From Actinomycetes bacterium (GTDB taxonomy: Bacteria; Actinomycetota; Actinomycetes; JACCUZ01), in NCBI GenBank assembly GCA_036269735.1, contig DATBDW010000111.1:1-58398 (forward strand): 58,398 nt of DNA. The letters run 5' to 3'. Below are positions 27,758 to 36,457 of the stretch, one piece after another (the stretch's first letter is position 1; every line of letters starts with the position of its first letter). The notes beneath the pieces were generated by a model, which did no database searches, was not told the origin of the DNA, and saw nothing but the letters and a program-made list of their open reading frames with translations. The position numbers and the translations under genes were made by a program.

Positions 27758-28668
27758 TGACCACTCTTCCGCTTCAGCGCGTTCGCCGGCCGGACCTCGC
27801 CGAGCTGCTCAGCAACCGGGCAGCCGAGGTCGTCGACCTCCGGGCTGGCAGCAGGCCGATGACGCACCGACTCACCGTGGCCGACCGCGCGACCGGATGC
27901 GAGCTGCTCAGTGCCGTGGCCGCGTCGTGCGAGGAGGGGGTGCCCGCCGTCGAGGAAGAGGGGCGTCTGCTGGTCGAGCTGCGCCGGGGTGACCACGGCC
28001 CCGGAGTGCGGGTCGCATCGCGTCACGTCGGTGTCGCCGAGCACGCCGGGCGCCCCGTGCTCCTGATGACGCCTCTTCCCGGACGGCGGCTGTCCGCCAG
28101 GGCCCGGCTCGGCAGCCGCGACGTGGCGGGCGTCTTCGAGTGGCTCGCCGCGTTGCGGGATGGGCCTCGCCTCGACCGGGTCCCGATCGACCTCGGTCGG
28201 GAGGCGGTCGAGATCCTGACGGCTCAGTCGGTGTCCGACCCCGTCGTGCTGCGCGTGCTGGAGCGCGTCATGGGCTCGCGGGGCCGGCTGGAGGACGTCC
28301 TCGTCCGGCCGGCCGTCACGCATGGCTCGCTGGCGATGGACAAGATCGCCGTGGCGGGCGGCCGGGTCGTCGGTGTCGAGGACTGGGCGTGCGCGACCTT
28401 GGCGGGCGACCCGGTGCGTGACCTCGCGGGGTTCGCCGTGGCCTGCGCCGGTCTGGACCTCGTGGCCCTGCTGAACGGCCGCAACGCCGTCCCGTCGACC
28501 CTTCGCCGCGGCGTCCGTGCCGGCCTTCGGTCCCTGGGCGTGGACCCACGGCTGTACGCCGACGTCCTCGTGCTCGCGGTTGCCGAGTGGGCCGCCGAGC
28601 CCGCCCTGCTCCGCCGCCATGCCGGCCTCGCCGGGCTCCTCTCCTGCACGCCTGCCATCAAGGAGTGA
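27757..28668 (+). CDS. aminoglycoside-phosphotransferase (APH/protein-kinase-like) fold protein with a degenerate catalytic loop
   Basis: The ATG overlaps the rtcB-like stop (TGATG). The segment THGSLAMDKIAVAGGRVVGVEDWACATLAGDPVRDLAGF aligns to the APH motif HGDxxxxN...DWE...GDPxxDLA. Ser replaces the catalytic Asp and Lys replaces the Asn. Confidence 0.6.
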   Translation: MTTLPLQRVRRPDLAELLSNRAAEVVDLRAGSRPMTHRLTVADRATGCELLSAVAASCEEGVPAVEEEGRLLVELRRGDHGPGVRVASRHVGVAEHAGRPVLLMTPLPGRRLSARARLGSRDVAGVFEWLAALRDGPRLDRVPIDLGREAVEILTAQSVSDPVVLRVLERVMGSRGRLEDVLVRPAVTHGSLAMDKIAVAGGRVVGVEDWACATLAGDPVRDLAGFAVACAGLDLVALLNGRNAVPSTLRRGVRAGLRSLGVDPRLYADVLVLAVAEWAAEPALLRRHAGLAGLLSCTPAIKE

Positions 28669-28670
28669 CC

Positions 28671-31600
28671 ATGTCCCGTCTCCCCAGCCGCAGCCGGACC
28701 AGCGCCTTCTTGGCCGGGTCGGCGGTCGTGGCGTCGCTGGTGCTGTTGCCCGCGACCGCCGCGACGGCGGCCACGACGTGGTACGTCGACGGTACGTCGC
28801 CGTTCTGCACCGACACGGCCGCGGGAGGGACCCAGGCGACGCCGTTCTGCACGATCACCGCCGCCGCCAAGAAGGCCGTCAACCCGGGCGACAGCGTCAT
28901 GGTGGCGCCCGGCACCTATCGGGAGCAGGTGACGGTCGCCGGCTCCGGCACGGCCGCGGCCCCGATCGCCTTCACCGCCGCCGGACCCGGCGTGGTCGTG
29001 GTGGGCACGCAGGACGTCAGCGATCCGGCGAGCTGGTCACCGATGGCGACCTCGGCATGGAGCCGGCCGTTCGCGGTTCCGAGCGCACCCCGGCAGGTCT
29101 TCGTCGACGGCAACCGCCTGGCGACGGCGTCCTCGGCGACGACAACGACCAATGGGTCGTTCTTCTACGACAGTGTGGCGAAGGTCCTGTATGTCGACCT
29201 CGGAGGCGGGAACCCCGGCACCGGTCACACGATCGAGGCCGGAGCGCAGACCTACGGCTTCAACGTGGCCAGCCGGTCGGGTGTCATCATCGACGGCTTC
29301 GTCATGCGAAGGCAGAACAGCGCGGGGGTTCGGGTCCTGACCGGGTCCGCGGTCACCGTCACGGGGATCACGGCGACCGAGTCCGGTGTCAACGGCGTCC
29401 TCGTCGACAGCTCGACGACGTCCGACGTCCTCGTCACCGACTGCACGGTCAGCGGCGCGGCATCGGTGGGTGTGCGGGTCGTCAACTCGGTCGGGACCAC
29501 CGTGCGCGGCTGCACCAGCCACGGCAACGGGTTCCATGGCTTCGCCCTCAGCGCATCGCAGGGCGTGCGCCTCGAGGGCAACACCGCCTACGGCAACGCT
29601 GTCGTCGGCGGGACGTCCACTGCTGCGGGCTTCGACGTGAACAACGCCTCCACCGACTCCGTCGTCGTGCGCAACACGGCTTACGGCAACCAGGACTCGG
29701 GTATCCAGGTCTACAACGGGTCCGACCGGACCGTCGTGGCACGCAACGCGAGCTGGGGCAACGGCGACCACGGTCTTGACACCAACAAGACGCTGGGCGT
29801 CAGCTACCTGTCGAACACCGTCACCATGAACCACCGGGACGGACTGTCGATCGAGGGCAACTCGTCCGGTGCGACCGTCGCGGACAACATCTCCGTCGAC
29901 AACGGCACCGGCGTCGGCGAGTACGACCTCTGGATCGACCCCGGCTCGGTGCCCGGCACCACGGCGGACCACGACGTCGTGTGGAACTCGTCGACCGCTC
30001 CCGCAGTCAAGATCGGCACCATGGTCTACCCCCGAGTCGGCGACGCGGCTGCGGCGACGGGGCTCGAGCCACATGGCCTGGGCGTCGACCCACGCCTGAC
30101 CGGCCCGGCGTCGGGGGACCTGACGCTGCGGCTCGGGTCCCCGGCGACCGACGCAGCCGACGTCACGGTGGCCGGGTTCCTGGGCGCAGACCATGACGGC
30201 GCCCAGCCGTCCGACGATCCCTCGGTACCGGACACGGGTGTGGGGAGCCCGAGCTACGTCGATCTCGGCGCGTTCGAGCTGCAGGCAAGCGGGGGACCGG
30301 TCGACTACGCGCCGAACGCAGCGCTGGTCGTCACTCCTACCTCCGGCGAGGTGCCTCCCGCGTTCCAGGTCACGGCCGACGCGTCCGGGTCCAGCGACAC
30401 CGACAGCACCGGCATCGCGAGCTACTCGGTGGACTTCGGTGACGGCACGGTGGTCGGTCCGCAGCCGTCGCCGGTGTTCATCCACGCCTACGGAAGTGCG
30501 GGCACGTTCACCGTGACCCTGTCGGTGCGTGACACTGCCGGCCAGCTGGCCACCGCGTCCCGGTCGGTCAGCCTCACGACGCACGTGCCGGTCACGTACA
30601 CCGTCGACGGGTCCGACCCGTCGTGCAACGACGCCGGTCCTGGCACGTCGTCCGCGCCGCTGTGCACCATCTCGGCCGGTGCGGCGCAGGCGAGGGCCGG
30701 TGACACGGTCGCGGTCCGGCCCGGCGTGTACGCCGAGCAGGTGACCGTGCCGCGTTCCGGTGCGCCCGGTTTCGACCTCACCTTTGCCGCCTCCGGGCCG
30801 GGCGTCGTGATCAAGGGCACCCGCGACGTGACCGACGCCACGGCCTGGTCTGCGACGGGCACGACGGCCTGGTCGAGGAGCTACACACCGCCCAGCGCCC
30901 CGACGCAGGTCTGGCTGGACGGGACCAAGCTGGCGCCAGCCGGCTCGGCGACGTCGACGACGAACGGGACGTACTTCTACGACTCGCTCGCCAAGCGGCT
31001 GTACGTCGACGTCGGGGGCACCGATCCGGGCACCGGCCACGCGGTCGAGGCCGGCGCGCAGACCTACGCCTTCAAGGTCTGGAATGAGGATCACCTGGTC
31101 ATCGACGGGTTTACCGCGGACGGTCAGAACAACGCGATGGTCAGCCTGCAGAACGACACCGCTGTCTCGGTCCGCAACCTGACCCTCAGCCGCAGCGGCG
31201 GCTACGGCATCAGCGCGGACACCGTTTCCGGCTCGACGATCTCCGGCAACAGTGTGTCCGGCTCCACGTCGGTCGGCATCCGCTGCCTGACCTGCACCGG
31301 ACTCAACATCAGCGGGAACGTCTCGCACGACAACGGGTTCCACGGCATCAGCCTGCAGGGCAGCAGCGGCAACACGGTCGCGGGCAACACGGCGTACCGG
31401 AACATACGCCCGAACGTCCGCTCGGCGAACGGCATCGATGTCGAGCTCTCGTCCAACAACAACACGGTCGAGGCGAACACCACCTTCGACAACCAGGACT
31501 CGGGGATCCAGGTCTACAGCGGCTCGTCGGGCAACGTCGTGCGCCGCAACGTGACCCGGGGAAACGGTGACCACGGCATCGACCTCCTGAGCTCGCCCGG

Positions 31601-32894
31601 CAACACGGTCGTGAGCAACACCGCCTACAGCAACTTCAAGGACGGGGTGTCGGTCGAGGGCACCTCGACGAACGTGACCCTGCGCGACAACGTCCTGGTC
31701 GACAACGGCATCACCACGAACGAGTACGACCTGTACCTCGACGACGCGGCCGTCGCTGGGTTCAGCTCGAACCGCGACCTGATGTGGAACTCGACCGCGG
31801 CGCCCGCGGTCAAGCACAACCTCGTCATCTACAACACGCTGCAGGCCTACCGCGCCGCGACCGGCCAGGAGCTGGCCGGCGTCGGGGCAGACCCGAGGTT
31901 CGCGGCTGCCGCGTCGGGTGACCTGAGACTGACCGGGCGGTCTCCAGCGATCGACGCGGCAGACAGCGCCGTCTCCTCCTTCCGCACCCTCGACCACGAC
32001 GGGGCAGCACCGGTCGACGACCCGGTGGTCGCCAACACCGGAGCTGGGACGCCTGCGTGGGCAGACCTGGGCGCCTACGAGTACCGAGGTCCCGCTGCCC
32101 GGCTCGTGCTGACTCCCGCCCAGGTGGCCGGCACGGCGCCGACGACCGCCGATGCCACCGGGTCGAGCGCGCTCGGTACGGCCATCGCGAGCTACACGTT
32201 CACCTTCGGCGACGGCAGCACGACCGGACCGCAGTCGGCGCCGACGGCCTCGCACAGCTACGCCAGGACGGGGACCTACACGATCGTCGTCCGGGTCACC
32301 TCGGCCGACGGGCAGTGGGACAGCGCGAGCGCGAACGTGAGCGTGGTGACTGACACCTCACCGGTGGCCCGACTGACTCTGTCGCCGAACAGTGACTACG
32401 TACCAGCCACCATTACGGCCGACGGCTCGGCGTCCTCCGACGGCCAGGGTCCGATCGCGAGCTACCGGTTCGACTGCGGCAACGGGGCTGTGACCGGGCC
32501 GGGGGCCGCGTCGCGGGTTACCTGCAGCTACCCGGCGGCCGGCAGCTACACCGTGCGGCTGACCGTCACTGACAACGCCGGGCACGCAACGACCATCTCG
32601 GCCACGGCGACCGCGAAAGCCGACCAGGCCCCGACGGCTCGCCTCTCCGCGCCCAACGGGCAGCAGCGGGCGCCGGTGACCGTGACCTTGGACGCGTCGC
32701 AGTCCAGTGACCCGGACAAGACGCCGATCGCGTCCTACCGGTTCACCTGCGGCAACGGCGTGTCCGTCCCCGACCAGCAGTCACCCACGACGACCTGCCG
32801 CTACACGTCGCCAGGCAGCTACACGGTCACAGTCGTGGTGACCGACACGGGTGGCAAGACCGGCACCGCACAGGACGTCGTGAAGGTGAAGTGA
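28671..32894 (+). CDS. 1407-aa secreted protein: signal peptide + 2 x (right-handed beta-helix module + PKD domain) + 2 further PKD domains
   Basis: ATG at 28671 follows AAGGAG. The signal peptide is MSRLPSRSRTSAFLAGSAVVASLVLLPATAATA. Module 1 spans about 28777-30581 and module 2 about 30582-32350. The modules share long conserved runs (PGTGH..EAGAQTY, NQDSGIQVY, GNGDHG, EYDL, DHDGA). The PKD-like units read IASY.(V/F).(F/C)GDG......H.Y...G.YTV.L.V.D. Confidence 0.85.
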   Translation: MSRLPSRSRTSAFLAGSAVVASLVLLPATAATAATTWYVDGTSPFCTDTAAGGTQATPFCTITAAAKKAVNPGDSVMVAPGTYREQVTVAGSGTAAAPIAFTAAGPGVVVVGTQDVSDPASWSPMATSAWSRPFAVPSAPRQVFVDGNRLATASSATTTTNGSFFYDSVAKVLYVDLGGGNPGTGHTIEAGAQTYGFNVASRSGVIIDGFVMRRQNSAGVRVLTGSAVTVTGITATESGVNGVLVDSSTTSDVLVTDCTVSGAASVGVRVVNSVGTTVRGCTSHGNGFHGFALSASQGVRLEGNTAYGNAVVGGTSTAAGFDVNNASTDSVVVRNTAYGNQDSGIQVYNGSDRTVVARNASWGNGDHGLDTNKTLGVSYLSNTVTMNHRDGLSIEGNSSGATVADNISVDNGTGVGEYDLWIDPGSVPGTTADHDVVWNSSTAPAVKIGTMVYPRVGDAAAATGLEPHGLGVDPRLTGPASGDLTLRLGSPATDAADVTVAGFLGADHDGAQPSDDPSVPDTGVGSPSYVDLGAFELQASGGPVDYAPNAALVVTPTSGEVPPAFQVTADASGSSDTDSTGIASYSVDFGDGTVVGPQPSPVFIHAYGSAGTFTVTLSVRDTAGQLATASRSVSLTTHVPVTYTVDGSDPSCNDAGPGTSSAPLCTISAGAAQARAGDTVAVRPGVYAEQVTVPRSGAPGFDLTFAASGPGVVIKGTRDVTDATAWSATGTTAWSRSYTPPSAPTQVWLDGTKLAPAGSATSTTNGTYFYDSLAKRLYVDVGGTDPGTGHAVEAGAQTYAFKVWNEDHLVIDGFTADGQNNAMVSLQNDTAVSVRNLTLSRSGGYGISADTVSGSTISGNSVSGSTSVGIRCLTCTGLNISGNVSHDNGFHGISLQGSSGNTVAGNTAYRNIRPNVRSANGIDVELSSNNNTVEANTTFDNQDSGIQVYSGSSGNVVRRNVTRGNGDHGIDLLSSPGNTVVSNTAYSNFKDGVSVEGTSTNVTLRDNVLVDNGITTNEYDLYLDDAAVAGFSSNRDLMWNSTAAPAVKHNLVIYNTLQAYRAATGQELAGVGADPRFAAAASGDLRLTGRSPAIDAADSAVSSFRTLDHDGAAPVDDPVVANTGAGTPAWADLGAYEYRGPAARLVLTPAQVAGTAPTTADATGSSALGTAIASYTFTFGDGSTTGPQSAPTASHSYARTGTYTIVVRVTSADGQWDSASANVSVVTDTSPVARLTLSPNSDYVPATITADGSASSDGQGPIASYRFDCGNGAVTGPGAASRVTCSYPAAGSYTVRLTVTDNAGHATTISATATAKADQAPTARLSAPNGQQRAPVTVTLDASQSSDPDKTPIASYRFTCGNGVSVPDQQSPTTTCRYTSPGSYTVTVVVTDTGGKTGTAQDVVKVK

Positions 32895-32895
32895 C

Positions 32896-34209
32896 GTGAC
32901 CGCGCTCGACCTGTGGTCGCCACCCGGAGCCACTCCGGCGCCGCGGGCGCCGTGGTACGGGCGCCTGCGACTGACGCCTGTGGGGCTGGTCGCCGGGCTG
33001 GTCTGCACCGCCATCGTCATCCTGCCGGTGCTGGTGCCCTCGGGGCCGGCAAACACCGGGCCGGTCGACCTGCTCATCCTGGTGGCCCTTGGCGTGCTCG
33101 CCCTGGACAGCCTCGCCTACCGGACGGTGCTGCACCTCCCGTACGGGCTGCCGGTCGCGGTGCTGATCGTCGCCGGCGGCTTGGCCGCGCTGGATCGGGG
33201 ACGGGCGCTGACGTCCGGGGTAGCCCTGGTGCAGGACGTGGTCCTCCTCCTGTGGGGGGCCACCGTCGCCTCGCTCGGTCGTAACCCGGTGCTCCTGCGG
33301 CGATTCCTCCGGCTCTGGGTCGCGACCGCGACCACCTGGTCGGTCGTCCTCGTCGTGGCCGTCAACGTCGGGTTCGACCGGGTCGCCGGCATCAGCGCGG
33401 ACGAGGGTGGGCGCGCATCGCTGACCTTCGGCGACCCCAACCGCGCCGGCAGCTACTTCGCGACGTCGTTCCTCCTTCTCATGGCCGCCGGCTGGCCGAC
33501 GAAGAGGGCCGCCCGCTGGTCCTGCGGTGCGATCCTGCTCCTGGCCACCGCGTACACCGGGTCGAACGCGGCGATCGTCAGCCTGGTGGTGGCATGCCTG
33601 TTCGGTGCCGGCGTGCGCTACTGGCGACGGCACGGCGTGATCTCGCTGGCCCTCGCGGGTGCCGTCATCGCCGCGCCGATCGCCCTGGTGCTCACGACCG
33701 TGGACGTCTCGTCGTTGGCGCAGCGAGCCACCCACGGCGGCCGGATCCTCGCCAACTCCGTCGCCCGCAGCGACAAGGGCGCCAGCGACCGCGTGCTGCT
33801 GGTCTCGGAGAACCTCGCGATCTACCGCAGCCACGGCATCGAGGGCGTCGGACCCGATGGCACCAAACCACTGCTCTCGGCCGAGCAGGCGCCGTACGTC
33901 AAGGAGGCGCACAACGACTACCTGGCGGCCCTGCTCGAGCGCGGGGTGCTCGGTGCGATCGGGCTGATCGCCCTCTGGGTAGCGGTCATCGCGCGCTGTC
34001 TTCCGCTGTGCAGCCGCCGACCCGATCCGCGTCTGCTCGTGGTCATGGCCCGTCCGGAGATGCTCGCGGGCGCGGCGCTCGCCGCGGCGACCTTCGGCTG
34101 GTTCCACGAGGCACTGCACTTCCGTCACGTGTGGGTCGTCTTCGGCCTCGTGGCGGCCACGTCGCTCATGGCAGGTCGAGAGACATCGGGCGAGGGAGGG
34201 GGAGCATGA
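32896..34209 (+). CDS. O-antigen ligase/polymerase (Wzy-like) family membrane protein
   Basis: The 437-aa ORF has about 10-12 hydrophobic helices and a periplasmic loop carrying KEAHNDYLAALLERGVLGAIG, the Wzy_C/O-antigen ligase signature. Confidence 0.8.
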   Translation: MTALDLWSPPGATPAPRAPWYGRLRLTPVGLVAGLVCTAIVILPVLVPSGPANTGPVDLLILVALGVLALDSLAYRTVLHLPYGLPVAVLIVAGGLAALDRGRALTSGVALVQDVVLLLWGATVASLGRNPVLLRRFLRLWVATATTWSVVLVVAVNVGFDRVAGISADEGGRASLTFGDPNRAGSYFATSFLLLMAAGWPTKRAARWSCGAILLLATAYTGSNAAIVSLVVACLFGAGVRYWRRHGVISLALAGAVIAAPIALVLTTVDVSSLAQRATHGGRILANSVARSDKGASDRVLLVSENLAIYRSHGIEGVGPDGTKPLLSAEQAPYVKEAHNDYLAALLERGVLGAIGLIALWVAVIARCLPLCSRRPDPRLLVVMARPEMLAGAALAAATFGWFHEALHFRHVWVVFGLVAATSLMAGRETSGEGGGA

Positions 34210-35153
34210 AGGTTCTCGTCACCGGCGCAGCCGGGTTCATCGGCTCGCACCTGTGCGAATGGCTCTTGGCACAGGGCGACGACGTCCAGGGTCTGGACGC
34301 CATGACCGACTTCTACGACCCGTGGCGCAAGGAGCAGAACATTCGCGCGCTGCTGGACTGGGACCGCTTCAGCCTGTCCCGGGACGACCTTCTGGAGGCG
34401 CCCCTCGACCGGATCCTGGACGGCGTCGACGTGGTCTACCATCTCGCCGGCCAGCCGGGAGTGCGGCCCTCGTGGGGAGAGGAGTTCGGGGTCTACCTCA
34501 CGCGCAACGTGCTCGCCACCCAGCGGCTGCTCGAGGCAGCCCGACAGGCCTCGCTGTGGAAGTTCGTCTATGCCTCGTCGTCCTCGGTCTACGGCAATGC
34601 GGAGACGCTGCCCACCGTGGAGACGCTCCGGCCGCAGCCGGTCTCGCCGTACGGGGTCACGAAGCTGGCGGCCGAGCACCTGTGCGAGCTGTACCGCGAG
34701 AACTTCGGCCTGCCCACGGCGTCCCTGCGGTTCTTCACGGTGTTCGGCCCGCGGCAGCGGCCCGACATGGCCTTCTCGCGGCTGGTGACCGCTGCGTTGC
34801 GCGGTGAGCCCTTCCCGCTCTACGGGGACGGTGAGCAGACCCGCGACTTCACCTACGTCAGCGACATCGTGCATGCACTGCGCCAGGCGGCGCTCAGCCC
34901 ATGGTGCGGGGTGGCCAACCTCGGTGGCGGCTCGCGGGTATCAATGAACGAGGTCGTCGACGTCGTCTCGTCGCTCGCACACCCCGTCCAGCTCGATCGG
35001 CTGCCGACGGCCAAGGGGGATGTGCGGCACACTGCCGCCGACACGACGACGGCGCGGCTCGCGTTCGGCTACCGGCCGACGACCTCCGTGGCCGAGGGAC
35101 TCGCGGCGATGGTGGCCGCCGAGCGGGCGATGACCGAGATGGCGACGTCATGA
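34206..35153 (+). CDS. NAD-dependent nucleotide-sugar epimerase (UDP-glucuronate 4-epimerase-like)
   Basis: Motifs present are MKVLVTGAAGFIGSHLCEWLL, GLDAMTDFYDPWRKEQNI, ASSSSVYG and the SDR YxxxK motif in SPYGVTKLAAE. The ATG overlaps the upstream stop. Confidence 0.8.
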   Translation: MKVLVTGAAGFIGSHLCEWLLAQGDDVQGLDAMTDFYDPWRKEQNIRALLDWDRFSLSRDDLLEAPLDRILDGVDVVYHLAGQPGVRPSWGEEFGVYLTRNVLATQRLLEAARQASLWKFVYASSSSVYGNAETLPTVETLRPQPVSPYGVTKLAAEHLCELYRENFGLPTASLRFFTVFGPRQRPDMAFSRLVTAALRGEPFPLYGDGEQTRDFTYVSDIVHALRQAALSPWCGVANLGGGSRVSMNEVVDVVSSLAHPVQLDRLPTAKGDVRHTAADTTTARLAFGYRPTTSVAEGLAAMVAAERAMTEMATS

Positions 35154-36457
35154 CCGCGACCTGGACGCCGACTCCGCCGCCAGCGGTCGACCCGGCCCAC
35201 TTGCCACCGCAGCCCGAGCCGGAACGCGTCAAGGTGCTACACGTCATCACCCGGTTCTGGGCCGGCGCCGGTGGCAACACGTTGCTCACCGCGATGGGCA
35301 CCGATCCAACCCGGTTCGAGGTGTGGGTCGCCGGCTGCCCCGGCGGGGACCTGTGGCCCCGCGCGGAGGACGCGGGGATCCGCTGCGTCGAGGTGCGCGG
35401 GTTCCGCGAGGTGCTACGCCCTGGCGACGTCGCCGTCCTGTGGCGACTCGTCCGGCTCATGCGCCGCGAACGGTTCACCGTCGTGCACACCCACTCCGCC
35501 AAGGGTGGATTCCTGGGCCGCGTCGCTGCTTGGCTCACGCACACGCCGGTCGTCGTGCACACATTCCACGGGTTCTCCGTCCATGACGGGCTGTCGCGGC
35601 GCCGGACAGTGCTGTACAACCTGCTCGAACGGTCCGTGCGGCCCTGCACCGACGCGTTCCTTGCCGTGTCACCCCGGGTCGCCGCCGAAGCGGTGCAACG
35701 GCGGTTCGCACGCCCCGGCTCGGTCAGCGTCGCCCCCTCCGCGGTCGAGCTGAACGACGTCCCGATCGACGGTGACCGGACCGCGCTGGTGCGCATCGGG
35801 TTGGTAGGAGCCGGCCCGGTGATCGGCACGGTCGGCCGGATCGACCACCAGAAGTCCCCGCTGGACTTCGTCCGGATGGCCGCCCGGATCGCCCTCGACC
35901 ATCCGGACGCGAGGTTCGTGATGGTGGGCGACGGTCCGCTCGCCGGAGAGGCGAAGAAGCTGGCCGACCATCTCGCCGTACCACTGACGGTGACCGGGTA
36001 CCGCACCGACGCCCCCCAGCTCTCCGCCGCGATGGACGTCTTCGTCATCACCTCGCGTTACGAGGGGCTCGGCCGAGCCCTGACCGAGGCGCTGGGGTCG
36101 GCCCGCCCGGTCGTGGCGACCGCGGTGAACGGGGTCCCCGACCTGGTCGAGCCCGGGGCGACCGGCCTGCTGGCAGGAGTGGGGGACGTCGAGGCGCTGG
36201 CGACCTGCGTGCGCTGGATGCTGGACCACCCGGCGGGCGCCCGGGCCATGGGTCTGGCCGGCCGGGAGCGGGTGCGTGTCGGCTTCACCCCCGAGCTGAT
36301 GTGCTCGGCGGTGGAGGCCTGCTACCGCGACCAGCTCGGGCTGCCGGCCCCGGCGGTCGTTCCCGCGGCGACCGGCCGGCACGTGATGGTCGTCCCCGAT
36401 GCCCGGACGAGCCCGATCCGCGTGCCGATGTCGACGGTGGTCGCTGGTGGGCGTTGA
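35150..36457 (+). CDS. GT4-family (GT-B fold) glycosyltransferase
   Basis: The ATG overlaps the upstream stop. Motifs present are VLHVITRFWAGAGGNT, HTHSAKGGFLG, GRIDHQKSPLDFV, and SRYEGLGRALTEALGSARPVVATAVNGVPDLV, which is EX7E-like. Confidence 0.85.
   Translation: MTATWTPTPPPAVDPAHLPPQPEPERVKVLHVITRFWAGAGGNTLLTAMGTDPTRFEVWVAGCPGGDLWPRAEDAGIRCVEVRGFREVLRPGDVAVLWRLVRLMRRERFTVVHTHSAKGGFLGRVAAWLTHTPVVVHTFHGFSVHDGLSRRRTVLYNLLERSVRPCTDAFLAVSPRVAAEAVQRRFARPGSVSVAPSAVELNDVPIDGDRTALVRIGLVGAGPVIGTVGRIDHQKSPLDFVRMAARIALDHPDARFVMVGDGPLAGEAKKLADHLAVPLTVTGYRTDAPQLSAAMDVFVITSRYEGLGRALTEALGSARPVVATAVNGVPDLVEPGATGLLAGVGDVEALATCVRWMLDHPAGARAMGLAGRERVRVGFTPELMCSAVEACYRDQLGLPAPAVVPAATGRHVMVVPDARTSPIRVPMSTVVAGGR

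Noticed and set aside
29037-32255. A 1072-aa ORF on the minus strand, antisense to the giant beta-helix/PKD gene.
   Set aside because: Its translation is low-complexity and Arg/Gly/Asp/Val-rich, with no recognisable motifs. It lies exactly antisense to a well-supported gene. This is the typical stop-codon-poor antisense frame of high-GC DNA.
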